Assembly: GCA_963704885.1 (NCBI GenBank)
Contig: CAVPIB010000007.1
Coordinates: 32,001-96,000 of the forward strand
DNA length: 64,000 nucleotides
Source of the DNA: an uncultured Actinomycetes bacterium
GTDB taxonomy: Bacteria > Actinomycetota > UBA4738 > HRBIN12
Direction of reading: 5' to 3'
In this document: positions 10,524-20,182 of the stretch, piece by piece
How the letters are laid out: each line of letters starts with the position of its first letter
How positions within the stretch are numbered: the first letter of the stretch is position 1
Program-made: the position numbers and the translations under genes
The notes under the pieces: model-generated
What the model saw: only the letters and a program-made list of their open reading frames with translations
Told to the model about the DNA's origin: nothing
Database searches by the model: none

Positions 10524-11942
10524 TCAGGTGGGTAGCTGCTCCAGCTCGCCGCTCTCCACCCGTTCGCGCCACCAGGCTTGACCGTCTTCGGGCAGCGTAT
10601 AGATGGGGTCGTAGTAGGGGTGGCGACGCGTGAGCGCGTCGGGATCGTCGTCCTCGATGCCGGTCCGGTAGTTCTTGGTCCAGTACGAGATGCCCTTGGT
10701 GCGGTCGTAGTCCTTCAACATGTGCACCCAGCGCTTGCCTACGAAGGGAACATCGCAGACGACGCGCGGCGTGGCGAACCCCGGCATGTATCCGAGCAGT
10801 TGGTACTGAAGTTCCTGGGCTTCTGCGACCGACGTTCGCCAGTGCTCGGCGTTGGGGATCATGTCGCACATGTAGAAGTAGTAGGGCGTGATCTTCGCGT
10901 GATCCAGGAGCATGAAGCAGAGCTCCAACAGGTCGTTGGGTGCGGTGTTCACGCCGCGCAGGAGCACGCCTTGATTGCGAACGTCGCGGAAGCCAGCCTC
11001 GAGGGTGGCCTGCGCGGCCTTGCCGACGAGAGGTGTCACCTGCTGAGCGCAGTTCACGTGCGTGTGCAGTGCGATGTCGACACCGCGTGAACGTGCCGCG
11101 GAGGCCATCGTCTCGAATCCGGCGCGAACGTCGTCTTGCAGGAAGTGCTGTGGCAGACCCATCAGGCCTTTGGACGCGATGCGGATGTCGCGGATGTTCT
11201 CGATGGCCAAGAGCTTCAGCACGAAATCCTCGAGGCGCTTGATCGGAACGTTCGCCATGTCGCCGCCCGAGACGACCACATCGCGGACCTGCGGGGTCCT
11301 TCGCAGGTAGTCGAGCATCTGCTCCCACCGGTCGTTCTGCTTGACCTCGAACTTGTACTTGAGCACCTGGAGCGTGTCGTTGCCGACCAGGTCCATCCGC
11401 GTGCAGTGCCCGCAGTACTGCGGGCAGGTCGGGATGAGCTCGGCCAGAACCTTGGTTGGGTAGCGGTGTGTAAGGCCCTCGACGGCCCACATGTCGGCCT
11501 CGTGTAGAGAATCGCGTGAGGCCATCGGGTGGCTCGTCCACTCGGTCTCGCGTTCGCTCAGCGCCGGGGCCATGTATCGGCGGACCCTGTCGCTCCTAAG
11601 GTCGTGCTCCTCCATGGTGTTGACCATCTGTGGTGGGATCAGCATGGACATCGTGGCCCGCTCGTGCTGGTCACGCTCGATGTCGGCAAGAAGGTCGTCG
11701 GTCAGGTTCTCGCCGAGGGCCTCCTTGAACTCCTTGAGGTTCTTCACGCTGTGAGCGCGCTGCCACTGAGCGGACTCCCACTGCTCGACCGTCACCGCGC
11801 GATAGCCGGGGAGGCGCGTCCAATCGGGTTCCACGTAGTCCCGCTGCATCGGGTACTCGAACGGCTGCAGGGTGGCGTGGGCGTGAGCCTCACGGTGCCC
11901 CGGGCGGAGGTTGGCCCGTTCTGGGTGGGTCTCCACGCTCAT
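10524..11942 (-). CDS. kamA: Lysine 2,3-aminomutase (KamA family radical SAM, actinobacterial type)
   Basis: GLTHRYPTKVL, CPQYCGHCTR, DVVVSGGD, HTHVN, RNQGVLLRGVN, PYYFYMCD; start placed at MSVETHP with a GGAGG-containing RBS. Confidence 0.88.
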   Translation of the reverse strand: MSVETHPERANLRPGHREAHAHATLQPFEYPMQRDYVEPDWTRLPGYRAVTVEQWESAQWQRAHSVKNLKEFKEALGENLTDDLLADIERDQHERATMSMLIPPQMVNTMEEHDLRSDRVRRYMAPALSERETEWTSHPMASRDSLHEADMWAVEGLTHRYPTKVLAELIPTCPQYCGHCTRMDLVGNDTLQVLKYKFEVKQNDRWEQMLDYLRRTPQVRDVVVSGGDMANVPIKRLEDFVLKLLAIENIRDIRIASKGLMGLPQHFLQDDVRAGFETMASAARSRGVDIALHTHVNCAQQVTPLVGKAAQATLEAGFRDVRNQGVLLRGVNTAPNDLLELCFMLLDHAKITPYYFYMCDMIPNAEHWRTSVAEAQELQYQLLGYMPGFATPRVVCDVPFVGKRWVHMLKDYDRTKGISYWTKNYRTGIEDDDPDALTRRHPYYDPIYTLPEDGQAWWRERVESGELEQLPT

Positions 11943-12035
11943 ATTCCACACCTCCCTGGATCTGCGCTGACGGGCGTTCGATGTGCGTTCCGACGGGATA
12001 TCTGACGGAGGAACTCTAGGATACCCGAGGATCAT

Positions 12036-12071
12036 CCGGTAAGACTGTCGGTTGACCGGAAGATATCCGGT
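12036..12071. promoter_or_regulatory. Palindromic operator-like sites upstream of kamA
   Basis: ACCGGA-AGATA-TCCGGT (12055-12071) and a related imperfect CCGGTAAGACTGTCGG (12036-12051). Confidence 0.4.
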
Positions 12072-12091
12072 GAAAGCGTGTTAAGGGAGGG

Positions 12092-12370
12092 TCAGCGTCG
12101 GCCGCGAGGGCCGCCGCCACCACCGTCCCGGCGCGGGCGACGCTCCATCCTGACCTCGGGGACGTGCTTGGGGAGCCGAGCGCGCATCGGAGCGTGGCCG
12201 GTCCGTTCGAGCCTCACCATCATGTGGTCGGGGAGTTGCTGGCGATCGGTTTCGCGCCAGCCGTTCGCGAGCAGGTGCTTCAGGCGTGCCGCGGCCGTCT
12301 TTCGGAGCTTGTCCGTACCGGGCACGCGAACGTAGAGGCGTTCGTGGAGAACCTGCTTGTAGTCGGGCAT
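12092..12370 (-). CDS. Small basic hypothetical protein
   Basis: Fills the gap between kamA and the GGDEF gene; plausible composition (MPDYKQVLHERLYVRV...); TACCCT -10-like element upstream. Confidence 0.6.
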   Translation of the reverse strand: MPDYKQVLHERLYVRVPGTDKLRKTAAARLKHLLANGWRETDRQQLPDHMMVRLERTGHAPMRARLPKHVPEVRMERRPRRDGGGGGPRGRR

Positions 12371-12439
12371 GGCTCGCAAAGGGTAGCAGGCGCCGAATGC
12401 CCTACAGCGCCCGTGCGTCGCAGCCGATAGCTCCTACGT

Positions 12440-14710
12440 ATGGGGGCTCCGGCCGGTGGAGTAGAGGCCGTCCTCGGAGCGGTGGCGTTCGCGACCGAAC
12501 GCTTCCTTCGCGACGAGGACTGGCAGGATCGGATCGCCGAGGTGCTCGAGCACCTCGGCTCTGCCTTGGAAACGTCTCGCGCATACCTCTTCCAGAACAC
12601 CCGCGGATCCGATGGCCGCCTGTGGATGGACCTGCGGTCCGAATGGGACTCGGAAGGCACGCGCAGGATCTTCGAAGACCCCACCAACCACCTCCACCCA
12701 TACGCGCCCGACTTCTCCCGATGGATCGAGCTCCTCGGCCGACGCGAGGTGATCCGATCAGCGATCGTGGATCTGCCCGAAGGCGAGCGCCGTGTCCTGG
12801 GGCGCGAGGGCGTCCGCAACGTGCTGGCTGTTCCGATCTTCATAGGCGCAGAGTGGTGGGGGTTCTTCGGCCTGGACGACGCGAAGGACGGGCGAACGTG
12901 GTCCGACGTGGATGTCGACGCGTTGCGGGCGACCGGGGGCGCGCTGAGCGGGGCGATCGCACGTCAGCGGGTAGAGCAGACACGCCATTTCACAGAACAG
13001 CAGTACCGCTCGATCGTAGAACACATCCCGGCCATGACCTACATCGAATCGGTCGTGGAGTTCGGTCCGACCGTCTACATCAGCCCGAACGTCGAACAGA
13101 TGCTCGGGTACTCCCAGCAGGAGTGGCTGGGCGACCCGGAGATGTGGAACAAGATCCTGCATCCCGATGACAAGGCGCGAGCGATGGCGGAGATCGAGCG
13201 GCATAAGGAAGCTTGCGAGCCCTTCTCTTTGGAGTACCGCATGTTCTCCAAGGACGGCAAGGTGGTGTGGGTGCTCGACCAGGCGAGCATCGTCAGGGAT
13301 GAGAGGGGGCAACCCTGCTACTCACACGGTGTCGTCATGGATATCAGCGATCGCAAGCATGCCGACGAGCAGGTCGCCTTCGCGGCGTACCACGACGAGC
13401 TCACCGGCCTGCCGAGCCGGTCGATGTTCGAGGAGTTGCTCGATCTGTCGGTCGCGCGCGCACAACTGCACGATGGGTCCGTGGCGGTCGTATGCGTTGA
13501 TCTGGATGACTTCTCGCTGGTGAACGACAGCATGGGGCACGTCCAAGGTGACGAGCTGCTCAAGATGGTGGCGGGCCGGCTCCGGGAGGCCACCCGCGAG
13601 ACCGACCTGGTCGCGCGGCGCGGAGGCGATCAGTTCCTGCTCCTGCTCGCCGACCTGGAGCTGGAGGAGCGCGGCGAGACGGATGCGGCGATGATCCGGG
13701 CCGAGTCGGTCGTTCATCGGGTGCAGGATGCTTTCGCGTCGCCGTTCACGCTGCAGGGAACCGAGCTGTACCTGTCGGCCAGCATGGGTATCAGCCTGTT
13801 CCCTCAAGACGCCGATGACGTCGCTGCGCTGCAGCGGAACGCCGAAGCAGCGATGTATGAGAGTAAGAAGGCCGGGCCTGCGGGCTACGTGGTCTCAGCT
13901 CGGGGCACGATCGATTCGGGTGCCAAGCTGCAGATGGTGACGCGACTGCGCAGGGCGGTCGAGAATCAGCGGTGGATCCTTCACTACCAGCCCGTGATCG
14001 AGCTCGAGACGCAGAAGATGATGGGCGTCGAGGCCCTGGTCAGGTGGCTGGAGCCCGACGGAACGATGGTCCCGCCCGGAGAGTTCATCCCACTCGCTGA
14101 AGAGCTAGGGTTGATCGAAGCTATCGGCGATTGGGTCGTCAAGGAGATCGTCTACCAGGCTCGTGCGTGGTTGGACCTGGGGATCGACCTCGAGATCGGC
14201 TTCAACCTGTCACCGCGTCAGTTCTGGCAGCCGGACCTGGCCGAACGCGTGTTGTCTCCGATCAAGGGCGGCGGTCTGGACCCCGCCCGGATCGTCGTCG
14301 AGGTGACCGAGTCCTCGGCCATGATGGATCCCGATCGCGCCCAGGAGATCCTGTGGGATCTGCACGGGAGCGGTTTGCGGATCGCGATCGACGACTTCGG
14401 AACCGGGTACTCGTCGCTGTCCCGCTTACGTGAGGTTCCGGTGGAGATCTTGAAGATCGACCGCTCGTTCGTCTCCGGCGTCGATCAGGACCCGCAGGCG
14501 GCGAGCATCGTCTCGGCGTTCATCGAGCTGGCAGGTGGACTGGGGATGACCACCCTGGCCGAGGGCATCGAGACGCTTGGTGAGCTCGACTTCCTGATCT
14601 CACGCGGCTGTCAGCTGGGTCAGGGATTCCTCTTCAGCCGGCCGGTGCCGCCCGAGGAGATCATCGCGTTCGCGCTCGGCGGAGTGCCGGCCGTGACCGG
14701 GACCGCTTGA
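12440..14710 (+). CDS. GAF-PAS-GGDEF-EAL protein with degenerate GGDQF (likely c-di-GMP phosphodiesterase)
   Basis: GAF, PAS (LHPDD), HDELTGLP, RETD I-site + GGDQF, EAL, IAIDDFGTGYSSL, AEGIE. Confidence 0.92.
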   Translation: MGAPAGGVEAVLGAVAFATERFLRDEDWQDRIAEVLEHLGSALETSRAYLFQNTRGSDGRLWMDLRSEWDSEGTRRIFEDPTNHLHPYAPDFSRWIELLGRREVIRSAIVDLPEGERRVLGREGVRNVLAVPIFIGAEWWGFFGLDDAKDGRTWSDVDVDALRATGGALSGAIARQRVEQTRHFTEQQYRSIVEHIPAMTYIESVVEFGPTVYISPNVEQMLGYSQQEWLGDPEMWNKILHPDDKARAMAEIERHKEACEPFSLEYRMFSKDGKVVWVLDQASIVRDERGQPCYSHGVVMDISDRKHADEQVAFAAYHDELTGLPSRSMFEELLDLSVARAQLHDGSVAVVCVDLDDFSLVNDSMGHVQGDELLKMVAGRLREATRETDLVARRGGDQFLLLLADLELEERGETDAAMIRAESVVHRVQDAFASPFTLQGTELYLSASMGISLFPQDADDVAALQRNAEAAMYESKKAGPAGYVVSARGTIDSGAKLQMVTRLRRAVENQRWILHYQPVIELETQKMMGVEALVRWLEPDGTMVPPGEFIPLAEELGLIEAIGDWVVKEIVYQARAWLDLGIDLEIGFNLSPRQFWQPDLAERVLSPIKGGGLDPARIVVEVTESSAMMDPDRAQEILWDLHGSGLRIAIDDFGTGYSSLSRLREVPVEILKIDRSFVSGVDQDPQAASIVSAFIELAGGLGMTTLAEGIETLGELDFLISRGCQLGQGFLFSRPVPPEEIIAFALGGVPAVTGTA

Positions 14711-14716
14711 GCCGGC

Positions 14717-16555
14717 TCAGCCCAAGACGTCGCGAACGCGTCGAGCGATAGCCTCGGCGTCGATCCCGGCCCATGTCCGGAGCTCAGTGGGCGTCCCCGA
14801 ACCAGGCATCCCGGTCACGCCGATCTTCTCCACGCGACCCGTCAGCGGACCGGTGGCAGCCAGCGCTTCCAGCACGGCGTCGCCGAGGCCGCCTTCGATC
14901 CGGTGATCCTCGACCGTAACGACAACACCCGTCTCCTCGAACGCTTGACGAAGGGTGGGCCCGTCGATGGGTTTGACCGAGTAGGCGTCGATCACGCGGA
15001 TCGCGATGCCCTCGGAGCCCAGGTGCTCCGCGGCCTGCAAACAGGTGAAGAGCGTGATCCCGGCTCCCACGAGGGTCGCGCGATCGCCCGCGCTCGACTT
15101 GAGCGTCTTCGATCCCCCGATCGGGAAGGACTCGTGATCGGGGTAGTGCACGGGGGTCGCCTCGCGCGTCGTTCGCAGGTACGAGATCCCATCCAGATCG
15201 CACATCTGCTCGACGAGCTTGATCGTGGCGTGCCCGTCGGCCGGGTACAGCACGGTGGAGCCCTCCAGCGCTCGCATCATCGCGATGTCCTCGACCGCCA
15301 TCTGCGACGGACCGTCCTCGCCGATGGAGACGCCGGCGTGCGATCCGCAGAGGCGGAGGTTGGCCCGGGAGATCGCCGCCATCCGCACGAAGTCGGCCGC
15401 CCGAGCCATGAACGCCCCGAAGGTGGCGCTGAACGCGGTCTTGCCGAGCGCCTGCATGCCGACCTGAGCGCCGACCATGCACTGCTCGGCGATGTACATC
15501 TGGAAGAACCGCTCGGGCGCGACCGCCAGGAAGTCTTCCGTATACGTGGAGTTCCCGACCTCGCCGTCCAGCACGACCAGATCGGGTCGGTGGCCCGCGA
15601 GCCAGGCCAGCGCATCGCCGAAGGCCTTGCGTGTGGCGACCGCCTCCGCGTAAACAGGCGCGGACGCCGGCGTGAGCGGCGCCACGAGGGCAGGCTTGAA
15701 CGCGAGCGGAGACGGAGGCGTGATCGAGACGGAGCGCTCGCCTCCAAGCTCCACGATCGCGGCGGCGGCTTGCTCCACGGAGAGCGCCTTCCCGTGCCAC
15801 CCATCCCTGTCCGCCATGAGGGAGACGCCGTGACCCTTCTCGGTCCGTGCCACGATCAAGACCGGTCCGTCGGATGCCTCGGCCGAGGTGTAGGCTTCGT
15901 CGATCGCCTCGACGTCGTGCCCGTCGATCTGCAAGGCGCGCCAACCGAAGGCTTCAGCTCTGGCGGCGTAGACGTCGCTGTGCCACTCCAGCATGGTGGG
16001 GCCGCGCTGACCGAGCCGATTCATGTCAACGATGGCGATCAGGTTGTCAACGCGGTGGAACGACGCGGCCGCCATGGCCTCCCACACCGAACCTTCCGCC
16101 ATCTCCGAGTCGCCGCACATGACCCAGACGCGACCCGGCCCGCCGTCCAGGCGCATGGCCAGCGCCATCCCGAGTCCGATTGGGAGCCCCTGGCCGAGCG
16201 ATCCGGTCGCCACGTCGACCCATGGCAGCTCGGGCAGAGGTGCTGGGTGACCTTGGATCGGGCTCTCGAACCGACGGAGCGACAGCAAGTCGTCGTCGTC
16301 TATGGCCCCGATCGCCTTGAGCACGGCGTAGAGCAACGGGGCGGCGTGTCCTTTGGAGAGAACGAACCGATCGTTCGCAGCGTCGTGCGGATCCTCCACG
16401 CTGGTCCGGAGGTGATCAGCGTAGAGAACGGCCGCGAGGTGAGCCGCGGACATGGATGACGTCGGGTGTCCCGAGCCCGCGGCTGTCGTGCACCGGATGC
16501 TGTCGATCGACAGCTGTGCCGCCAGCTCGTTCCACAGGTGCGTCCGGCCGTCCAT
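14717..16555 (-). CDS. tkt: Transketolase
   Basis: GSGHPTSSMS, FVLSKGHAAP, QGHP, ATGSLGQGL, GDSEMAEGSVWEA, IAEQ, GEDGPSQ. Confidence 0.94.
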   Translation of the reverse strand: MDGRTHLWNELAAQLSIDSIRCTTAAGSGHPTSSMSAAHLAAVLYADHLRTSVEDPHDAANDRFVLSKGHAAPLLYAVLKAIGAIDDDDLLSLRRFESPIQGHPAPLPELPWVDVATGSLGQGLPIGLGMALAMRLDGGPGRVWVMCGDSEMAEGSVWEAMAAASFHRVDNLIAIVDMNRLGQRGPTMLEWHSDVYAARAEAFGWRALQIDGHDVEAIDEAYTSAEASDGPVLIVARTEKGHGVSLMADRDGWHGKALSVEQAAAAIVELGGERSVSITPPSPLAFKPALVAPLTPASAPVYAEAVATRKAFGDALAWLAGHRPDLVVLDGEVGNSTYTEDFLAVAPERFFQMYIAEQCMVGAQVGMQALGKTAFSATFGAFMARAADFVRMAAISRANLRLCGSHAGVSIGEDGPSQMAVEDIAMMRALEGSTVLYPADGHATIKLVEQMCDLDGISYLRTTREATPVHYPDHESFPIGGSKTLKSSAGDRATLVGAGITLFTCLQAAEHLGSEGIAIRVIDAYSVKPIDGPTLRQAFEETGVVVTVEDHRIEGGLGDAVLEALAATGPLTGRVEKIGVTGMPGSGTPTELRTWAGIDAEAIARRVRDVLG

Positions 16556-16646
16556 GCATCCCCCATCCGTAGTCGAAGCGACGCAAGGGTACCGCCCACC
16601 CACCCGAGGCGTGTCGGACGCCTGTGCGTTGTACCCTCGTGATGCG

Positions 16647-17846
16647 ATGGCTCCATCCTCCACCTCATTCCGTGACCTCGGCGTGTCCGATGCCGTCATC
16701 ACGACACTCGCGCAACGAGGCATCGACCGGCCTTTCCCGATCCAGATCATGGTGATCCAAGACGCCACGGCCGGGCGCGACACCCTGGCGAAGTCGCAGA
16801 CGGGCTCGGGCAAGACCCTCGGTTTCGCGATCCCGATCGTCGAGCAGCTGGATCCTGAGGCTGCCAAGCGACCCGAAGCGTTGATCCTGGTGCCCACGCG
16901 CGAGCTGGCTCAGCAGGTGAAGGACGATCTCACAGACATCGCCAGCGCGAAGGACCTGAAGACCAAGGTCGTCTACGGCGGCACCCGTGTGACCGATCAG
17001 TCGAAGGGGGTCCGCGAGGCGCACATCCTGATCGCCACGCCGGGGCGTCTGCAGGATCTTGCCGACCGAAAGCTCGTTCGATTGGACGCCGTGCGGATCT
17101 TCGTGCTGGATGAGGCCGATCGGATGCTCGACATGGGCTTCCAGCCCCAGGTGGATCGCATCGTTCGGCTCTTGCCGCGGGACCGACAGACCATGTTCTT
17201 CTCGGCCACGCTGGACGGTGCCGTCGGTCGGATCGCCGAGGTGTACACGCGCAACCCGGTTCGACACGAGATCGAGTCCGAAGGCAAGACCGTAGACGAG
17301 GCCGATCACCGGTTCGTCCCTGCCGGCGCGCACGAGAAGCTGGACAAGCTCGTCGAGCTGGTGGGTCAGGAGCAAGGACTAACGCTGGTATTCGTGAACA
17401 CGAAGCGCAAGGTGGACTCGCTCGCCCGTCAGCTCCGTGCCCAGGGTGTTCCGACGGTGACGATGCACGGTGACATGACACAGCAGGCACGCGAGAAGGC
17501 GCTGCAGCGGTTCGAGGACAAGCACGTCGGAGTGCTGGTTGCGACCGACGTCGCCGCTCGTGGTTTGGACCTGGATGACATCACCCTCGTCGTGAACTAC
17601 GACCCGCCGCTCGAAGACAAGGGCTACGTCCACCGCGTCGGGCGGACGGCACGGGCCGGCCGCACCGGCACGAGCGTCACGTTCGTCACCCCGGACCAAC
17701 AGGGCGACGTCAGTCGCATGGCGGCCCGCTTGGACCTGCATCAAGAGTTCGAACAGGAGGGGATGAAGGTGTCGCCCGCACGCGTGGTGTTCAGCGGGTC
17801 TTCACGGGGGCGCCGTTCAGGATTGCGAAAGCCGCGGCGCCGCTGA
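16647..17846 (+). CDS. DEAD-box RNA helicase
   Basis: Q motif (PFPIQ), SQTGSGKT, PTRELA, TPGRL, DEAD, SAT, ARGLD, HRVGRTAR; basic C-terminal tail. Confidence 0.96.
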   Translation: MAPSSTSFRDLGVSDAVITTLAQRGIDRPFPIQIMVIQDATAGRDTLAKSQTGSGKTLGFAIPIVEQLDPEAAKRPEALILVPTRELAQQVKDDLTDIASAKDLKTKVVYGGTRVTDQSKGVREAHILIATPGRLQDLADRKLVRLDAVRIFVLDEADRMLDMGFQPQVDRIVRLLPRDRQTMFFSATLDGAVGRIAEVYTRNPVRHEIESEGKTVDEADHRFVPAGAHEKLDKLVELVGQEQGLTLVFVNTKRKVDSLARQLRAQGVPTVTMHGDMTQQAREKALQRFEDKHVGVLVATDVAARGLDLDDITLVVNYDPPLEDKGYVHRVGRTARAGRTGTSVTFVTPDQQGDVSRMAARLDLHQEFEQEGMKVSPARVVFSGSSRGRRSGLRKPRRR

Positions 17847-17852
17847 CCCCGT

Positions 17853-20087
17853 TCAGGCCGAGTGTTCGACGACCGAAAGCGAGGCGCGTCGGTGCAGAGC
17901 CATGATCTCGCCGGCCGGTACGGGGCGGGAGAAGTAGTAGCCCTGACCCATCGGGCAGCCACGGTCGGCGAGGAACCGCCACTCTCCTTCGGTCTCGATC
18001 CCTTCCGCGAGCGCGATCATCCCCAGGTTCTGGGCGAGCGCGATCATGGCCGACACCATGCTCGCTGCGTCTCGGTCGGTGTCCACATCGCGGACGAACG
18101 ACCGGTCGATCTTCAAGACGTCGACCGGCATGTGCTTCAGTCGTGCGAGCGATGAGTACCCGGTCCCGAAATCGTCGATCGCCAGCCGGAGCCCTCGTTC
18201 GTGCATGTCCTGCAAGATTCGCTGGATCCGGTCCGGATCCGTCATCGCGGTGGACTCGGTGATCTCGACCGTGAGTCGGGTCGGATCCATCCCAACCGAC
18301 TCGATGCGGGACATGATCTTGTCCACCACGTCGGGCTGCCAAAGCTGGCGCGGTGACAGGTTGAAGCTGATATCGAGCGAGAGGCCATCGGTCCGCCATG
18401 AGGTGTCCTGGCGGCTGAGCTCCTCGACCACCCAATCTCCGATGGCTTCTATGAGGCCCATCTCCTCCGCCAGCGGGATGAACTCACCGGGCGGTACCAA
18501 ACCGCCCCCCGGTTCGGGCCACCGGATCAGAGCCTCAACGCCAACCATCGAGGCCGTCGACAGGTCGATCAGAGGTTGATAGTGGAGCACCCAGCTCTGG
18601 TTCTCCACGGCCCTCCGAAGGCGGGTGCTGAGGGCCAGCTTGCTCATAGGGTCTACGTCGCCTCCTCCGTGCAGCACGTAGCCGCCGGGGTGCGACCGCT
18701 TGCTCCGGAACATGGCGGAATCCGCGTGCTTCAAGAGGGTCTCGGCGTTGTCCCCGTGGTTCGGGAAGAGGCTGATCCCCAGGCTGGCGGTCACGTAAAG
18801 CTCTGTTCCCGCTATCTCGAACGGCCGCCGGAGTGCCGACTGGACCCGTCCGGCGACCGACTCGGCCACGAGCGAGACCCCGTCGCCGCCCGGCAACGAG
18901 GTGGTGCGCTCCAGATCCGACAGGAGCATCAGGAACTCGTCGCCGCCGGGGCGCGCCACCAGGTCGGTCTCCCGTGTTGCTTCCCGCAGGCGCTCGGCCA
19001 GCTTCACGATCAGATCGTCGCCGGCCTCGTGACCCAGGCTGTCGTTGACCAACTTGAAGTTGTCGACGTCGACCGATATCACGGCCACCCCCAGCTCATA
19101 CCTACGCGCCCGGGCGAGCGACAGCCCGAGCAACTCGTCGAACAGGACGCGGTTCGGCAGGGCGGTGAGCTTGTCGTGATACGCCAGGAAGGCGATCTGC
19201 TCCTCTGCTTCCTTGGACTCCGTTATGTCCAGCATCACCCCTTGGACGTGAGTGGGGATCCCGAGTGGGTCGTGGATCACCACGGCGCTGTCTCGGAACC
19301 AGACCACGCGTCCGTCACGCGCGATCAAGCGGTACTCGTAGGTGAACGGCTCACCGCTCTCGCGGCCACTGAGGTACGTGGCGATCGCGTTGTCGCGATC
19401 CTCGGGGTGGAGATGCCTGGCCCACAGCTCGGCGTCGTCCAGATACTCCTGCGGGGTGATGCCGAGGAGTTCATGGATCTGCGGGCTCACATAGCTAGTG
19501 GTCATTCGTTCGTCGGCGACGTCCACGTACACGATCGCGGGGATCTGCTCGACGAGGCTGCCGTACTTCGCTTCCGCTTCCTCCAGCCGACGCTCTGTCC
19601 GGACGGAGTCGGATACGTCGACCATGAGACCGAGCCAGAACCGCGGGCGTCCCAGGTCGTCGCATACCAGGACGGCGTCCTCGCGGACCCAGACCTCGCG
19701 TCCATCGCGGTGCAAGGCGCGGTACTGCTCGTGGAAGGGCTCTCCCGTCGCCACCGAGCGGTCGCTCGATTCCACGACGCGATCCAGGTCGTCGGGATGG
19801 ACGAGTTTTCGCCATGGTTCGACGGGCGCGAGCCACTCCTCGCGCGTTACCCCGAACAGATCCAGGACGCCCGGGCCCACGTCGACCATGCCGGCTCCCT
19901 CGCTAACGCTGTCGATGTAGATCACAGCCGGCAGCCTGTCGATCAACCCGCGGTAGCGCCCTTCCAGCTCGCCGTATCGGCGCATGAGGGAGGTTGCGTC
20001 ATCAGGCAACCCAGGTGAGTCATCGAGGAAGAATCCCTCCTGGGCGGTCAGCGCGTCAGTGATCCCTGGATCGAGGTCGTCAAGCAT
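17853..20087 (-). CDS. PAS-PAS-GGDEF-EAL diguanylate cyclase/phosphodiesterase
   Basis: Two PAS/PAC domains (VHPDD, LHPED), RETD + GGDEF intact, EAL, DDFGTGYSSL; exact start uncertain. Confidence 0.92.
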   Translation of the reverse strand: MLDDLDPGITDALTAQEGFFLDDSPGLPDDATSLMRRYGELEGRYRGLIDRLPAVIYIDSVSEGAGMVDVGPGVLDLFGVTREEWLAPVEPWRKLVHPDDLDRVVESSDRSVATGEPFHEQYRALHRDGREVWVREDAVLVCDDLGRPRFWLGLMVDVSDSVRTERRLEEAEAKYGSLVEQIPAIVYVDVADERMTTSYVSPQIHELLGITPQEYLDDAELWARHLHPEDRDNAIATYLSGRESGEPFTYEYRLIARDGRVVWFRDSAVVIHDPLGIPTHVQGVMLDITESKEAEEQIAFLAYHDKLTALPNRVLFDELLGLSLARARRYELGVAVISVDVDNFKLVNDSLGHEAGDDLIVKLAERLREATRETDLVARPGGDEFLMLLSDLERTTSLPGGDGVSLVAESVAGRVQSALRRPFEIAGTELYVTASLGISLFPNHGDNAETLLKHADSAMFRSKRSHPGGYVLHGGGDVDPMSKLALSTRLRRAVENQSWVLHYQPLIDLSTASMVGVEALIRWPEPGGGLVPPGEFIPLAEEMGLIEAIGDWVVEELSRQDTSWRTDGLSLDISFNLSPRQLWQPDVVDKIMSRIESVGMDPTRLTVEITESTAMTDPDRIQRILQDMHERGLRLAIDDFGTGYSSLARLKHMPVDVLKIDRSFVRDVDTDRDAASMVSAMIALAQNLGMIALAEGIETEGEWRFLADRGCPMGQGYYFSRPVPAGEIMALHRRASLSVVEHSA

Positions 20088-20182
20088 GCTCGTGGCTACC
20101 TTCTTCGAGGTAGTTCTGCCACCAGTCATCGGCCTGACGGCCACAAGGCTTGAACGAGAAACCGGTTGCCTCGAAGGGACCT

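Noticed and set aside
14903-16459. Long antisense or alternate-frame ORFs (this 518-aa ORF, 18576..20018, 46408..47697 and many others)
   Set aside because: They are shadows of real genes caused by high GC3, are Arg/Pro/Gly-rich, and show no family motifs.
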